The notes under the pieces: model-generated | The model's input: only the letters and a program-made list of their open reading frames with translations | What the model was told of the DNA's origin: nothing | Databases searched by the model: none | Translations under genes and position numbers: made by a program | Assembly: GCA_028534125.1 (NCBI GenBank) | Contig: CM052816.1 | Span: 56,546,001-56,610,000, forward strand | DNA length: 64,000 nucleotides | Direction of reading: 5' to 3' | DNA from: Lama glama | Taxonomy: Eukaryota | Shown here: positions 37,999 to 50,296 of the stretch, in pieces | Numbering within the stretch: position 1 is the first letter of the stretch | Layout: each line of letters starts with the position of its first letter

Positions 37999-39349
37999 GG
38001 TCAAACATTAAGCCCTCACTCTCCCCCAGCGTGTGCTGACCCCTTCACGGGAGGAGTTTAGGCTCCCGGGAGCCGTCTCCTTTCCCTCCTTTGAGAAATT
38101 GGAAGGGTTCTGTTCTCACTAACCCTATTCACTGGCAAGGACTGCAGAGGACCACAATACTGTGTACAGAAGAACTGAGGTCTGGCTTAGCTGCTCTGAA
38201 GAGCATTTCCAGTGTTTATACAGTACAACTTCAAAAGGACATTATGATTTTACAAAGATGTTTTCAGGCAATGTTTTCACACAACTGTAAATTAATGCCT
38301 TAAACCAGTGCATAGTCTCACCCCCAAACATAAAAAGAAACAAAGAATAAACATCCAAAACTAAGCCTAAAAAACAGTGAAAACTCACGAGTCGTTAGTG
38401 AGACTCCTGTGTTCCCACCGGGGATTCAGCCGTGACCCCACTGCTCCAGCCCACAAGTCACACCTCATCCTGTACCATGCTCAGCATCAAAGCATCCCTC
38501 TATTATCCCAATGGGGTGATTTTTTCAAATGGTTGAACACTTGAAAAATCCTTAGAGAATAATTCTGGGGTAAGGCAAATGAAAGAAGCAGGGAGAGGGC
38601 TGTTTCATCTGAGCAGTGATGAGAAGGTGAATTGGACACTTCCCAGTTTTTTCCCCACATCAGACACTTCTGTTTTAGGGGTTTTTTTTTTTTTTTTGGT
38701 TTTTGGGGTTTTTTTTGGGTTTTTTTGGTCTGTGATTATATTCCCATCCTGTCTTCATTTTCCTAAGGTGAATGGTCCTCAGTCTTTTAGTCCATTAAAA
38801 ACCTCTCGTGTGTGACTGTGTCACCCTTGAAGTTCTTCCCTACAAGTGTTAAACAGGGGAAGGTCAGTGGTAGGCTGGCTCAATTAACATTTCCAAACAG
38901 TACAACCCACTTCTAAAAATATATCCAAAGCAAGAGATGTGTATTCATGTTAGTGACAGGAACAGTTCTATCCAGGAAATTTTGGATGAGTTCATTCAAA
39001 AGATGTAAGATGAAGAAAATGTTCACCTGTTTTTGTAGCTGCAGAGCATGACTGTATTTTGTGATGTGATGTTTTTAAGTGAGAAGCATGAGTTTAGAGA
39101 CTACAACCTTCCTCACATATATTTCAGTAAAGGCTGGTAATCCATGGCTGGTCTCTAGGCACTGCCTGGCTCGCAGCCTCCATGCCCCTCTCCCCACCAC
39201 CTGCAGAATCAGTTCAGAGACAAGACAGAGTGAATGAGCTAAGGCCCCAACTTGAACATTTGGTGGCATCACACTGGTTGGTGGGAGAACCTTCGTCTCA
39301 TGACTGAATTATAATAACCATAATTCTGCCTTTCTCCCCTGTGTCTGAG

Positions 39350-39775
39350 TGCCAGAGACTGGCTAGCTGGCCACCAGACCTGTTTCTTCATCCTCTTGGA
39401 CTCATGGCCAGCTGGAAACATAGCTAGATTTGCTGAGCTAATGTGGTCATGTGATCAATTCTGACCAATGGGTTTTAGGCAGAAGTGGTAAGCACCCCTT
39501 CCAGGTCTCACCCATTTCAAGTCTCCCATATGTGATTCTCTATGCTTTTCCTTCTCATCAGTGACCTTAAAAGTCACATTTGATGATGGCAGGGCCACAG
39601 GCTAGACAGTGCCTGGATCACTGAGTCACTACCTGGAAGAGAGCTGCCTACCAATCAAGAATACTTGCGCTGAAATGTATACTCATAGGTAAACTTGCAC
39701 ATGCAGTAGACAAACTCTTACAAGTTGAGTCACTGTGACTTGGAGGTTTATTACAACAGCAAAACATTACATTGA
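39350..39775 (+). mobile_element. MaLR LTR, MLT1I/J-like
   Basis: GTGGTCATGTGATCAATTCTGACCAATGGG...GCAGAAGTG and GCCTGGATCACTGAGTCACTACCTGGAAGAGAGCTGCC. Confidence 0.78.
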
Positions 39776-40171
39776 ATTTTTTTCTGGTTACCTGCTGGGT
39801 TTCAACAAGTTCCCAAGAATTAGGGTCCTGCACTGCTGTCACCAATGTCTTAGACCTTGGAGCCCTTTCCTGACCCTAAGTTGGGTGACCTGGGCCTTGA
39901 GATCTCCTGTCTCTCTGCTAAATCCTCGTCTGGCCTGCTGAGAACCTCTTCCTTGGGATTTCCTCATCACCGGACTGGGCTGCCTTGGCAGGTGTGTTAT
40001 CTCAGTGCTTCTTCATCTTTTCAGATTCCCTGATCCATCTTGCTACCTATAAACCTGACCTACCCCATCAAGTTGTGTCTTCTCACTCCCTTAGTGCCAT
40101 CTAACTCCAGGCTCTGACATTGCCCAGTCAGCTTCCTTTGACTACTGATGGGCATTACCTGTCCAAACTCC

Positions 40172-40350
40172 AGGCCAATGGTTCTCAAAGTGTGGTTAGC
40201 ATCACCTTGGAGCTTGGGATAAATTCAGATTCTCAGGCCCCACTCCAGACCTACTTCAAGAAACTCCAAGGGTGGGGCCCCCAGCCTGTGTTTTAACAAG
40301 GCCTCCAGGGGATTCGGGTGCATATTCAAGTGTGAGACCCACAGATCTAG
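40172..40350. mobile_element. MER5A MITE
   Basis: CAATGGTTCTCAAAGTGTGG...CAGATTCTCAGGCCCCACTCCAGACCTACT...CTGTGTTTTAACAAGGCCTCCAGG. Confidence 0.88.
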
Positions 40351-40615
40351 AATCTGACACAATGAAACTTGGACCTTAGTCTTGTCCCCCAGGACCAGCA
40401 TTATCAAGAGGCTGCACTGTAATGTTTTTTCCAGCAGGAGAACACGTCTGGAAGTTACGCATATAATCCTGGCCTTTTCATTCAGTGGAGCTCTTCAGAT
40501 ATCTCTTTGAAATTAAACCTATAATCCCTTGTACCAAAGTAGAGCATTTTGATTATGTACATGGGTCTAAACTGAAATGCTTTCCCGACAAACAAGGCCC
40601 TTCAAATCCTTTCAT

Positions 40616-40654
40616 TGTGTGTGTGTGGGTGTGTGTGTGTGTGGGTGTGTGTGT
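40616..40654. repeat. Imperfect (TG)n microsatellite
   Basis: TG run with two GG interruptions. Confidence 0.95.
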
Positions 40655-42317
40655 TTTAATACAGCCTGCAGAATTAGATTGCTGCTAGAAAGCCATGAGC
40701 AAGACCCCTATTTACTGGAAGACGATACTGAGCTTAAATCTCAGTGGGCTGCTGATGAAGTCATCTCCCATCTCCAAAGAGGATTTGATACTAACTAAAA
40801 AATGATGCTTCAGGTTGTAGAACTGACCCCCCAAACACCAATTTTCCTTTTTAAAATGTTTTGTCAAACAGTGGTCCCAGAGGATAATAATTCAATGATA
40901 AATATCTTGGTTCCTTCAAAAAGGTCAACATAGTAAAATATATAGTGGGGTGCCTTTGAGATTGGTTTTCTTACTAGGGATAATGGCAACTTGGTGAAAA
41001 TGAGATGCTACAATTGCCTCTCACAGCCTTAATCACTGCAGAATGAGTTTATCCGGAGAGTTTACAAAATTAGACACCACCTGGAGAAAATGATATTTGA
41101 AAGCTAGCTCATCTTTGAAAGCAGGCTGGGAAGAAACTAAAAATAAATGTACTTTTAAATACATGAAAAAGTTGACAGAGTCAAAATGGAGAAAACTAGT
41201 CCACATTCTCACACATGTGGCAACAGTTGAGTTTTCAGGTGTGTGTTCACGTTTGATGATAAAATCTAAATTCCAATTTCCCAAACTCCACAAGACACAG
41301 AGCAAATGATGCTGTGTCATTGTGGGGGTTACGGCCAAGGTTCAAAGTGTCGCTAATGCCTCTCCTTGGAAGTCCCAGCCCCGCATGGGCCTCTCCATCT
41401 TGAGTCCCAGGCTTTGCCAAGCCTCTGTTGATGGTACAGCACTTAGCATGGAGGGATTTGTAACATGTTCGCCACTCCCTTCCCAGCTCTCACTGCAGAC
41501 AAGAGCTGAGAAGCAAATGTTTAGGCCTGAGGGCTGGTTTTGTTACATGTGTTAAAGTGATGATACAGATTCCTTTGAAAAGAAATCAAATAAACAGTAA
41601 AGGTAAGCAAAAGGAGAGACAGACGATATTCAACTTCTTTAAGACCTGCTCGCCAAATCTCAACCAGCCCCTTTAGATTTCCTTTTGGACAGGAGTATGA
41701 AATCAGTTCTTACTTACATGATTAGCCTCCAGCCTGTCCAGATGTGTTTATCTCCAAGAAATGTTCTGGTTCCTCCGAGGAAAAGACTGAGATCCCTGCC
41801 TTCAGCCGCAGCATCACTGATCAGTGTGAGATGTTTACGCTCTTCTCTAGTGCGGATGATCCTTTGGAAAGTGTGACCACATACTTTTTCACACTGCTTT
41901 TGTCTGTTTACAAAATGCCCACATCTCCTGAAGGAAGAAACCCCAGCAGTGAAGCCATCTGGGAACCTCTACTCTTGCTCAAAAGCCATCTCTACCTGTC
42001 CCTAAAGTGGCTAATAAGTTATCGTCATCATTGAAATTCATTTTTAAACACCCTGTTTATAGGAAGCTCTGTGCTATATATAATGGACCATCAAATTAAC
42101 AGACACAGTTATACTTCTAAAGCTTAAAACTCGAGATAGCACTTATAAGAATAGACATTAGAGACATAAATACTATCAGCTAAACCATGCTTGGACACAA
42201 GCATAAACAAGCAACTATAGGAAATATTAATATCATGAACAAGCAAAACTCATATATGATGTGGTATAAGGAGCAGTGGTAGGTATTACAAGCTTCCAAA
42301 AGAACCACCTCTTTGGA

Positions 42318-42320
<3 letters not shown>

Positions 42321-42356
<36 letters not shown>

Positions 42357-42365
42357 ACACACACA
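42321..42365. repeat. (CA)n microsatellite
   Basis: About 22 AC units with one AT interruption. Confidence 0.97.
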
Positions 42366-43899
42366 GATTCCTGGTCTTAGCACTACATGCAGACCTTCCT
42401 TATAGGGAGGAAGGTGGCCTAAGTGTTCCACAGTCTTTCCCACCAGACTGGCCCTCAGGGATGCATTGCTCCCTTTTGAGTTCAGAGTTCAAGCAGGAAG
42501 ATCCTCTTTCCAACCAATGGGTATTTAAAGGCTCCTCCCACGGGCAGGACTTCAAAACGGTACCAGGGCAGAGGATGCTGATTTTTGCAAAATGACCATA
42601 AGCCCTCAAGTTAGAGAAACAGAGAGCCACTATATCTGTGAGCCACAGCCAATGTTTTCAGAACATGTTAGAAAGAAGCAGAATCTTCTGCAGAAATCAA
42701 TTCATAAAGACCTAATCTTCAAAACCTGCACTTGGACAAATTCTTAACCAAAAGTAAAATTTAAGTATGAGGACACGGAAGCAAGAAGGAGACATTCCAC
42801 ACAGGTGAGACTTCTCGAGGCAAGATCACCATGGAACATCCAAGAGGCTCCAGACGAGTCCGACACAGACGTGGCTCCCTTAGCCACGTGGGTTACAGGT
42901 TGTTTCTGGCCTCAGTAAAGAAGGGATTAGGGACTGATGTAGAACTCAGGCTGTACCTTTTTGTTCATTGCTAGCAGTTAATATCTAAATTACATTGGCT
43001 TGTACTTTGGAGTATTGATCCAGTCACCCTCAAGTCCTTTTGTAATTTTGATGAAGTCCTAAATTAAAAAATAAAATAAAATAAAACAGGGGTGAGGGGA
43101 TATCAGATTTACTATTTGAATTGTTACAGTGAGTATCTATCTTCATAATGCAAAAAGCTGAAATAAAATGTCTTAGTCATAAACAAAAGAAGGGAAAAAC
43201 CCTATAGTAATAAATACCAAGAGACATCGATGGTGAAGAGCCACTGGACTACTATAGTGAAGTTATCACCAGGTGAACAGCCCCATTACAGATGCCTGCC
43301 TGGCTGGGCCATAGATTTCATTGCTACCTATATGAGTTTTCTTGCTTCTCAACTCATATGTTCATGTGGAGGCTGCCATTTGATTTCCTGCTTTATAGGA
43401 ACAAACTAACCATCCCCTGTCTCCTCCAGGGTGAGTCTGAGATCCCTCTTCCCCAACTGCTTGAGTAGCCTTATCTTCGTCACCTCCATCCCACCCTCCC
43501 CCTGCTCTGACTCAGATCGTGTGCCCACCTCTGCCCGCCTTGGGAGAATGGCTGGGTTGCAGCAAATGACCCCTCCCCTTCTGGTGAGACTCTGCCCCTT
43601 CCTCTTACAGAATCCAGGTGAAACAAGGCCTTGGACCTGAAACAAACACTTTACTCCTTCAGCAAATATTGCTCCTATGTTCTAAGAGGAATTTGGCCAC
43701 CAAGCTCATCTGGCTTATCCCTGGGGTCAGTGAACACAAACTGTACAGCAGAGAGATGTAACAGTAAACAGGAAAGGGAAAGGGCATTTCAGACTCTGCA
43801 CACAGCCTCAGGGAGGGTTTGGAGTTTCATTCATTCATTCAACAAATATTACATTTATACTCTCCATCAGGTGCTGTGCTAATCAATGGGAATAGATAC

Positions 43900-45350
43900 G
43901 GGAAAAGACAGATAAAACAGTGTCTCTTCAACAAATGGTGCTGGAACAACCGAACATCCACATGCAAAAAAGTGTATCTAGACACAGACCTCACACCCTT
44001 CTCCAAAGTTAACTCAAAACGGATCAGAGACCTGAATAAAAAGTGCAAAACTATAAAACTCTTGGAAGATGACATAGGAGAAAACCTAGATGACCTCGGA
44101 TATGATGATGACTTTTTAGACATGCCACCAAAGCACAATCCATAAAAGAAGTAATTGGTAAGCTGACGTCATTGAATTTAAAACTTCTGCTCTGTTGAAT
44201 AGAAGTGGTGAGAGTGGGCATCCTTCGCTTGTTCCAGATTTGAGTGGGAAGGCTTTCAGTTTTTCACTGTTGAGTATTAAGGGATAAATCTGCGAGTTTG
44301 AGATTTGCAAGTGTTAACCACTATATATAAAAATAGATAAAAAACCAAATTCCTTCTGTATAGCACAGGGAATTATATTCAATATCTTGTAGTAACCTAT
44401 AATGAAAAATAACATGAAAATGAATATATGTATGTATGTGCATGACTGGGACATAGTGCTGTACACCAGAGATTGACACATTGTAACTGGTTATATTTCA
44501 ATAAAATAATTAATTAATTAATTAAAAAAATAAAAACTCTGCTCTGTGAAAGACAGTATCAAGAGAATGAAAATAATCTATAGACTGGAAAATATTTGCA
44601 AAGATATGTCTAATAAAGGATTGTTACCCAAAATATATAAAGAACTGTTAAAACTCAACAATAAGAAAATGAACAACCCAAGTGGAAAAAAAAAACTGAG
44701 TCAAAGACCTTAATGGACATCTCACCAGAATAGACACGTAGATGACAAATAAGCATAGGAAAAGATGCTCCACATCGTATGTCATCAGGCAAATGCAACA
44801 ATGAGATACAACTACATACCTATTAGAATGTCCAAAATCTGAAACACTGACAACATTAAATGCTGGAGAGAATGTGGAGCAAAAGAAACATTCGCTGCTG
44901 GTGGGAATGCAAAATGGTACAGCCACTTTGGAATACAGTTTGGCAGATTCTTATAAAACTAAATATACTTTTACTATACAATCCAGTAATTAAGTTATTT
45001 AGTATTTACCCAAGGGAGTTGAAAACTTTTGTCCACGCACAAAACCTGCACATAGATGTCTATAGTAGCTTTAGTCTTGATTGTTCAAATTTAAAGAAAC
45101 CAAGATGTCATTCAGTGGATAAATGGATAGATAAGTTGTGGTACACGTGGACACCCTTACTGGATGGACAATGGAGTATTATTTAGTGCTAAAAAATATA
45201 AGCTCCATGAAAAGATATGCATACTTCGTGCATGTTACTAAGTAAAGAAGCTAATCTGAAAAGGTTACATACTGTTTAATTCCAACTTTATGATATTGTA
45301 GAGAGGGCAAACTATGGAGACAGGAAAAAGATCAGTGGTTGCCAAGGATT
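43900..45350 (+). mobile_element. Old LINE-1 (L1MC-like): ORF2 C-terminal relic and 3' UTR, interrupted at 44196-44532
   Basis: Translated fragments LFNKWCWNNRTSTCKK...DLTPFSKVNSKRIRDLN...TIKLLEDDIGENLDDLG and CWWECKMVQPLW match L1 ORF2. Ends GGCAAACTATGGAGACAGGAAAAAGATCAGTGGTTGCC, an L1MC-type 3' UTR. Frameshifted and non-coding. Confidence 0.93.
44196..44532 (+). mobile_element. Young lineage-specific L1 insertion, 5'-truncated with 5' inversion
   Basis: Antisense ORF2 RT segment ([28 protein letters not shown] on the minus strand, about 44196-44279) is joined to a sense 3' UTR (GGGATAAAT...CTGTATAGCACAGGGAA...TGCTGTACACCAGAGATTGACACATTGTAACT), AATAAA and an A-rich tail. Flanked by AAAACT(T)CTGCTCTGT direct repeats. 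Confidence 0.9.
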
Positions 45351-45544
45351 ATCATAGCCCAAAGGGGCAATACTTCATCGGTCCATTAAGGATTAATTAG
45401 ACAAGAGAGTTAGTGAACACAGAGAGAGGTTGGGAGATGGTCCAGGTGAGAATTCCCTGTAGCACTGACAAGTGTTTCTTAATTATTTTTCTGATGCAAT
45501 GCATATAATAGATGGCATTCATAATGGGCTATGGCCAGGTACAT

Positions 45545-46043
45545 AAGATAGGATTAATTTTAACAGGAAGCCCCAAATAACAATGGCTTAAACAAGAACC
45601 CCTCCATCTCCATCTTGATCTAGATCTCTGTGTCTGTCTCCAGAGTTCAGGGCTGGAATAAAGCTCCACGGTCATCACTAACCCAGAGTCCATGTATCTC
45701 TACACTCTACATCCTGAAGTGTGGCTTCTACTCTAAGATCACCTCATGATCCCAAATGGGTGCTGGAGATCCAACCATTGCTTCCACAGTGCAGGCAACA
45801 GGAAGAAGGAAAGCAAAGTAAGACCCAAAGTTTCCGCCTCAGCTAAGTCAGGGCCCTTTAGTAAATTTTCAATCTTTCTGGAAGTCCCAGGCACTATTTC
45901 CCCTTCTGTTTCGTTAGCCAGAACTTAGTCATATGGCCGTACTTAGCCGGAAGAGATGCTGGGCATAGTGCCACCCGAAATAAAACAGAAGTTGAGCCTG
46001 AAGGAGAGGGATTGCAGGGAAGCAGCTAGGTCTGTTTCTGCCA
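45545..46043 (-). mobile_element. MaLR LTR, MLT1J/K-like
   Basis: CCCCAAATAACAATGGCTTAAACAAG...TTAGCCAGAACTTAGTCATATGGCC...TTTCTGCCA. Confidence 0.78.
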
Positions 46044-46524
46044 GGTTATACATAATTCCCAAAGCACTAACACCAACCCCACCTCTCTGCCTCTCCCTTA
46101 GGTAAGCGCATAAATCTGAGAGGAACATTATTACAGGGCTAACCTTGAATCTGCTGTAGTCAAACTATTTGAAAATAATAAACCATTTGCAAACTGTGGG
46201 GCTTTACGGTCTACTTTCTGGATATCTGTCAAAACCTACTGTAATTTACCAAGGTGCGGTGACATTAAGACTGAGAGCCCCGCCTCTATAAAGCAGGTCT
46301 CTGGGTCGATGGGAAGAGAGAAGGGGCTGAGAAGATGTGAAGGAGAAAGTGAAAGGATGAATTTTTGTAACCAGGTATCCATCTTTTAGACACAATGAGC
46401 AAAAAATTGTTTAGAGGCTACTAGGAAAGCCAGCAATATGGTGGTGGTGGTCATAATGGAGACTCTCTAGCTCAGTGCTCTTGGTTTTGGAGGTTCTCAC
46501 GCACGGCACGGCACCGACCACGGC

Positions 46525-46997
46525 AGTCCGTTGCTTTAATAGCCCACAGCGGACCCTGCCCCCTGGAATTCATGCCTTTGTGTAGTCCCCTCCCTTGAAT
46601 CTAGGCTGCCCAGTGACCACTTCAACCAGAAGTGAAGCAGCCAGTGGGCAGGCTTTGCCAGTGGCCAGACTAGTTTTAAGAAGGCCTGGAAGTTTCTATT
46701 TTTGCTTCTTGAATATCCTGAACTGCCACAGAAGAAGTCTGGCTCCTCTGCTGGAGAAACATGTGCAGAGATTCAGTGGAGAGGCCACACAGAGAAAGAA
46801 AAGCCCAGAGACATGCAGATTGAGGAGGAGTCCAGGAGTCCTAGTATCCAGCAAAGCAGTTCCCAGCATCCCTGCCAGCCGAATGCAGCCACACGAGGGC
46901 CACTGGCAAGCCCAGACTGAATCACGAGCACATGGAATGGTGGTTGTTTTAAACCACTACATTTTGAGGTGAATAATAGCAAGGAATAATCAAAACA
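46525..46997 (+). mobile_element. MaLR LTR, MLT1G/H-like
   Basis: ATTCATGCCTTTGTGTAGTCCCCTCCCTTGAATCTAGGCTG...TTAAGAAGGCCTGG...GGTTGTTTTAAACCACTACATTTTGAGGTG...AAAACA. Confidence 0.82.
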
Positions 46998-48081
46998 CCT
47001 CTACCACCCCAAACATATCTACAGGCTAGAGCTGGGACCCTGGCCAACGTGGCCACCACATCTTGTACTTCTACTGCAGTGGCTGCGGTGACAGCCCCAG
47101 CTGGCCTCTGCGACCATGGCCGAGGGAGTCAGTGCCCTCCGGACCCCTCCAACTTCCCATCAGGACCACTCCCTAACCCCATGACCAAGGACTCCACCTT
47201 CTTCCAGATCCCTCCTCCTACTGGAAGCATTTCTGCCAGGAGCACCCCTCACCCTGTCTCCTCATCCAGTTTCCCAACAGGAATTTGTGCCACCCCCTCC
47301 CCATCTTTGGAACCCCATCAAGAAAGCCAGTCCAGTGTGTGTGTGCCCACACACGCACACACACTGCAGAGGGTCCTAACTACAAATGGGTCAAGTCTTG
47401 TCCTGGAACTTTAGCCAGATAAATGAGTTCTGGCATCTCCCACTGGAATCTGGAACACATTTTCCCATAAAAGCCACATTATAGATGATTTTAGGTCCTG
47501 TCGTACTACTGGCACTGAAGTCCAGCTACACTGCTAGTTAAACAAACATCCAGGGGCTGCTCTGGGAACACAATTGCCTCTTATAACAGCGTCCTAATGG
47601 GAAACAAGATCCAAATATCTGAGTTAAAAACGAACTTTTAGAAGCAACCTGGTTATAAGTTAGGAACTCTCATCCTATGCTGAACACCAATTAATATAGC
47701 TGACGCTGGGGGGTAGGTTGGAGAGAAAAAAAGACGATGGTGGCCCCTTCCAGAGAAGTTACAGTTCGTTTGGGAGAGAAGCAAAACACACCAGGAACAA
47801 CAAACAGGCAAGGCGATCTACAAGCAAATCCGAACTTGTGTGAGAGTGACCAGTACGTGGCTCAGAGCTGTAGGAGCAAGCCCAGAAGCTCCTTCTTTCT
47901 CGTTTATTTACAACAGCTTCCAGACACCTGTTTCCAGAGGTCTCGCAGACACGCGCTCTTCACAATCACCCGGGAGCGGTTTCCTGTTGACAGGAAAGGG
48001 GTGGGCAGGTACAGGAGGCATCTGTACTCACCTGGCTGTTCAGTGACATGAATGGGTGGGCTCTGGGGCTTAGGAATAAAC

Positions 48082-48476
48082 TACAGGGGGACAACAGCCA
48101 GGTGCCCGGATAGCAACTAGACAGACGGCCAGTGATCTCTACAGCAAAGATGGGTTTATTCAGGATTGGCAAAGAATGGCAATTGAGGGTCTGTAACCAC
48201 CAAGTCCCCTCCCCACAAGGAGAGGACCCCTGCAGAGGGGAAGGAGGCTGGGCGGGCTACCACCGGCAGAGTAAGTTGGAGGAAATGGGAGGTCAAAGAA
48301 CAGCGGCTTTTCATTGGCTGGGCTGTGACAGTCTCTCACTGGCCGAGCTCTTGCCAGGCAAGAAGGCGAGGTCTCCTCTTCCTGTTGGGCTCCGATACAG
48401 TCATAGGGCATGACAGCACCCTCTTCTGACTCCCAACTCTATTTGAGTTAAGATTTCTGTTTATTGATTTCTATAA
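48082..48476 (-). mobile_element. ERV1-type solo LTR (laurasiatherian/cetartiodactyl type)
   Basis: AAAGATGGGTTTATTCAGGATTGGCAAAGAATGGCAATT (antisense polyA signal) and CTTTTCATTGGCTGG...CTCACTGGCCGAGCTCTTGCCAGGCAAG (antisense CCAAT boxes); about 400 bp. Confidence 0.65.
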
Positions 48477-48531
48477 GACCCAGAGGTCCTTACCACTGGC
48501 CTCATGAAGAGCCACCAAGGAGGCCGGACCA

Positions 48532-48690
48532 CTGTATTTCTCAACGTGTGTGATTTGGGAACACTGTAATCAGAATCAGCTGGGGGGCTTACTAAAAATT
48601 TGATTCCTGGGCCGTGCCCGCGGTGAGGCGCGGGAATCCGCGTTAGTGATCAACTCCTCAGCTGATTCTTACGCTGCTGAAAGTTCGAAA
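48532..48690. mobile_element. MER5-like MITE
   Basis: TTTCTCAACGTGTGTG...ATCAGAATCAGCTGGGGGGCTTACTAAAA...GATTCCTGGGCC...CAGCTGATTCTTACGC. Confidence 0.6.
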
Positions 48691-49348
48691 TCGCTGCTCC
48701 CAATAAAGCCACCCCAGAGATGGAAGAGTCCTGCTAAGACACTCAGGAGTGTTTCTCCTGGAACACTATCGGGGATCCAGAAGCAGGTCTCACATGCCCC
48801 ACACTGGAACCTTGCTGCTGGCAGCCAAGTTTCTAGGAGAAAACAAACATATGCAAAGCGCCAGGCATGGAGCAGGGGTTCGTGCACACTCTCCCAGCGC
48901 TTTTTGGCTCTGTTTCCATCCCGGCTAGAGCATCACACATCCACTGTAAACAGGTCTGAGGCATCTGGACTGAAACTCAGGATCTGTTGTAAGAAAAATG
49001 AGGTTTCCAAGCAGGGCCTCTTTGAAGCGGGACGGTGCCAAGTGGGATGGGGCCTCCCAGGTAGATCCAATCACGTGGACACGTGGGAGCAAATTTCCCC
49101 AGGACTGAAAAGTGTGCTGTGAATTATTATAAACATTTCTTAACTGGCCTTTTGCCTTCCACATTCTCTAGAGTCTATTCTTAATAAAGCAATTAGAATG
49201 ACCCCAGTGACCCCAAACCCTTTCATCTCATCAAAGGTGTAGCATCATCCAATAGTGCTCCTGAGATACGGGGAGGTACTTCCCGGGGCCACCACTGCTG
49301 GAAATGTTGGTGTGTCCTGGCATAAGCTTTTGCGGCAACTTCATTTGT

Positions 49349-49350
<2 letters not shown>

Positions 49351-49383
<33 letters not shown>
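49351..49383. repeat. (TG)16 microsatellite
   Basis: Perfect TG run. Confidence 0.97.
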
Positions 49384-49386
<3 letters not shown>

Positions 49387-50034
49387 ATATTGTTTCCTTA
49401 AATTATAACAAGTGAACATTACATGCATAATGTATTAGGTATATAAAAATAAGAATCTCTGTTTAAAAAAAAACAGCAAAGCGTAATTCCTATGTCATAG
49501 TGGTTGAGCTTAGAAATGCTTCGTTTAGTCTAGTTTTTAAGTGAAACCTCTTTGCTATCATAATTTGAACTTGGGCCTCGTAGCTAATGAGTGTGGGCTC
49601 CAAAGACTAACTGGAGAGTTTGCATCTTTGCCGCCCCTCCACCCCTACACATTAACCACTGAAGCCCTCCACCTCCGGTCACAGGAAGGCATGGGGTCAA
49701 GTGCATGTTCCCCAGGTGCCTTGGGGAGGGTCATAGAGCAACCATCCCCCATCACTCCAGGAGCCCCATGAGCATTCATCATGTGACTCTGCTGGGGAGA
49801 GTTTCTTGCCCACCACTGATGCAGACACTAAGTCCCTTTGAAGAGGTTGCAGTCCCTGGGGATCACCTGTCTGCCGTGAGTTGAACAGAAGGCCCCTGAG
49901 AAGGGAAGATGCCTGGTCTGATTTCCTCCCCTCCAGCTGACAGTTGGGCACCAGTGGACTGTGTGCAGGTGCCAAGTCACAGAGAGGGGCTGTAGGACAT
50001 CTGTGAGAGCCTGGGGTCGCCCAGCACGTATCTC

Positions 50035-50165
50035 TAACTACATAGCGATCCCTGAGCGAGACCAGTCATGTGCCAGGTACTGCTCTAGGTCCTTCATATG
50101 AATTAATGCCCCACCTTACAGCCAGATGAGGAAACTAGCATAGAGTAACTTGCCTGAGGTAATGC
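50035..50165 (-). mobile_element. MIR fragment
   Basis: ATGTGCCAGGTACTGCTCTAGG...AGATGAGGAAACT...GTAACTTGCCTGAGGT. Confidence 0.7.
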
Positions 50166-50169
50166 TCAA

Positions 50170-50296
50170 AACCACGGGAGAAAGGAGAAGCGTTTATATT
50201 TTAGTGCCTTTAGTGACACTTCCTTCCTGCCTTTTGAACACGGGGGCTTATGTTTTCATTTTGCATTGAGCCCTGCAAATTGTGCAGCCAGCCCTG
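50170..50296. mobile_element. hAT-Tip100 relic, MER91A-like
   Basis: TTTTGAACACGGGGGC...TTTTCATTTTGCATTGAGCCCTGCAAATTGTGCAGCCAGCCCTG terminus. Confidence 0.72.

Noticed and set aside
38678..38728. G/T low-complexity tract considered as telomere-like or G4
   Set aside because: Irregular T runs with 2-4 G's; more consistent with a decayed poly(A/T) tract.
43819..45186. ORFs with reverse-transcriptase/ORF2 similarity
   Set aside because: Fragmented, frameshifted L1 relics, not functional genes or a retron-like system.
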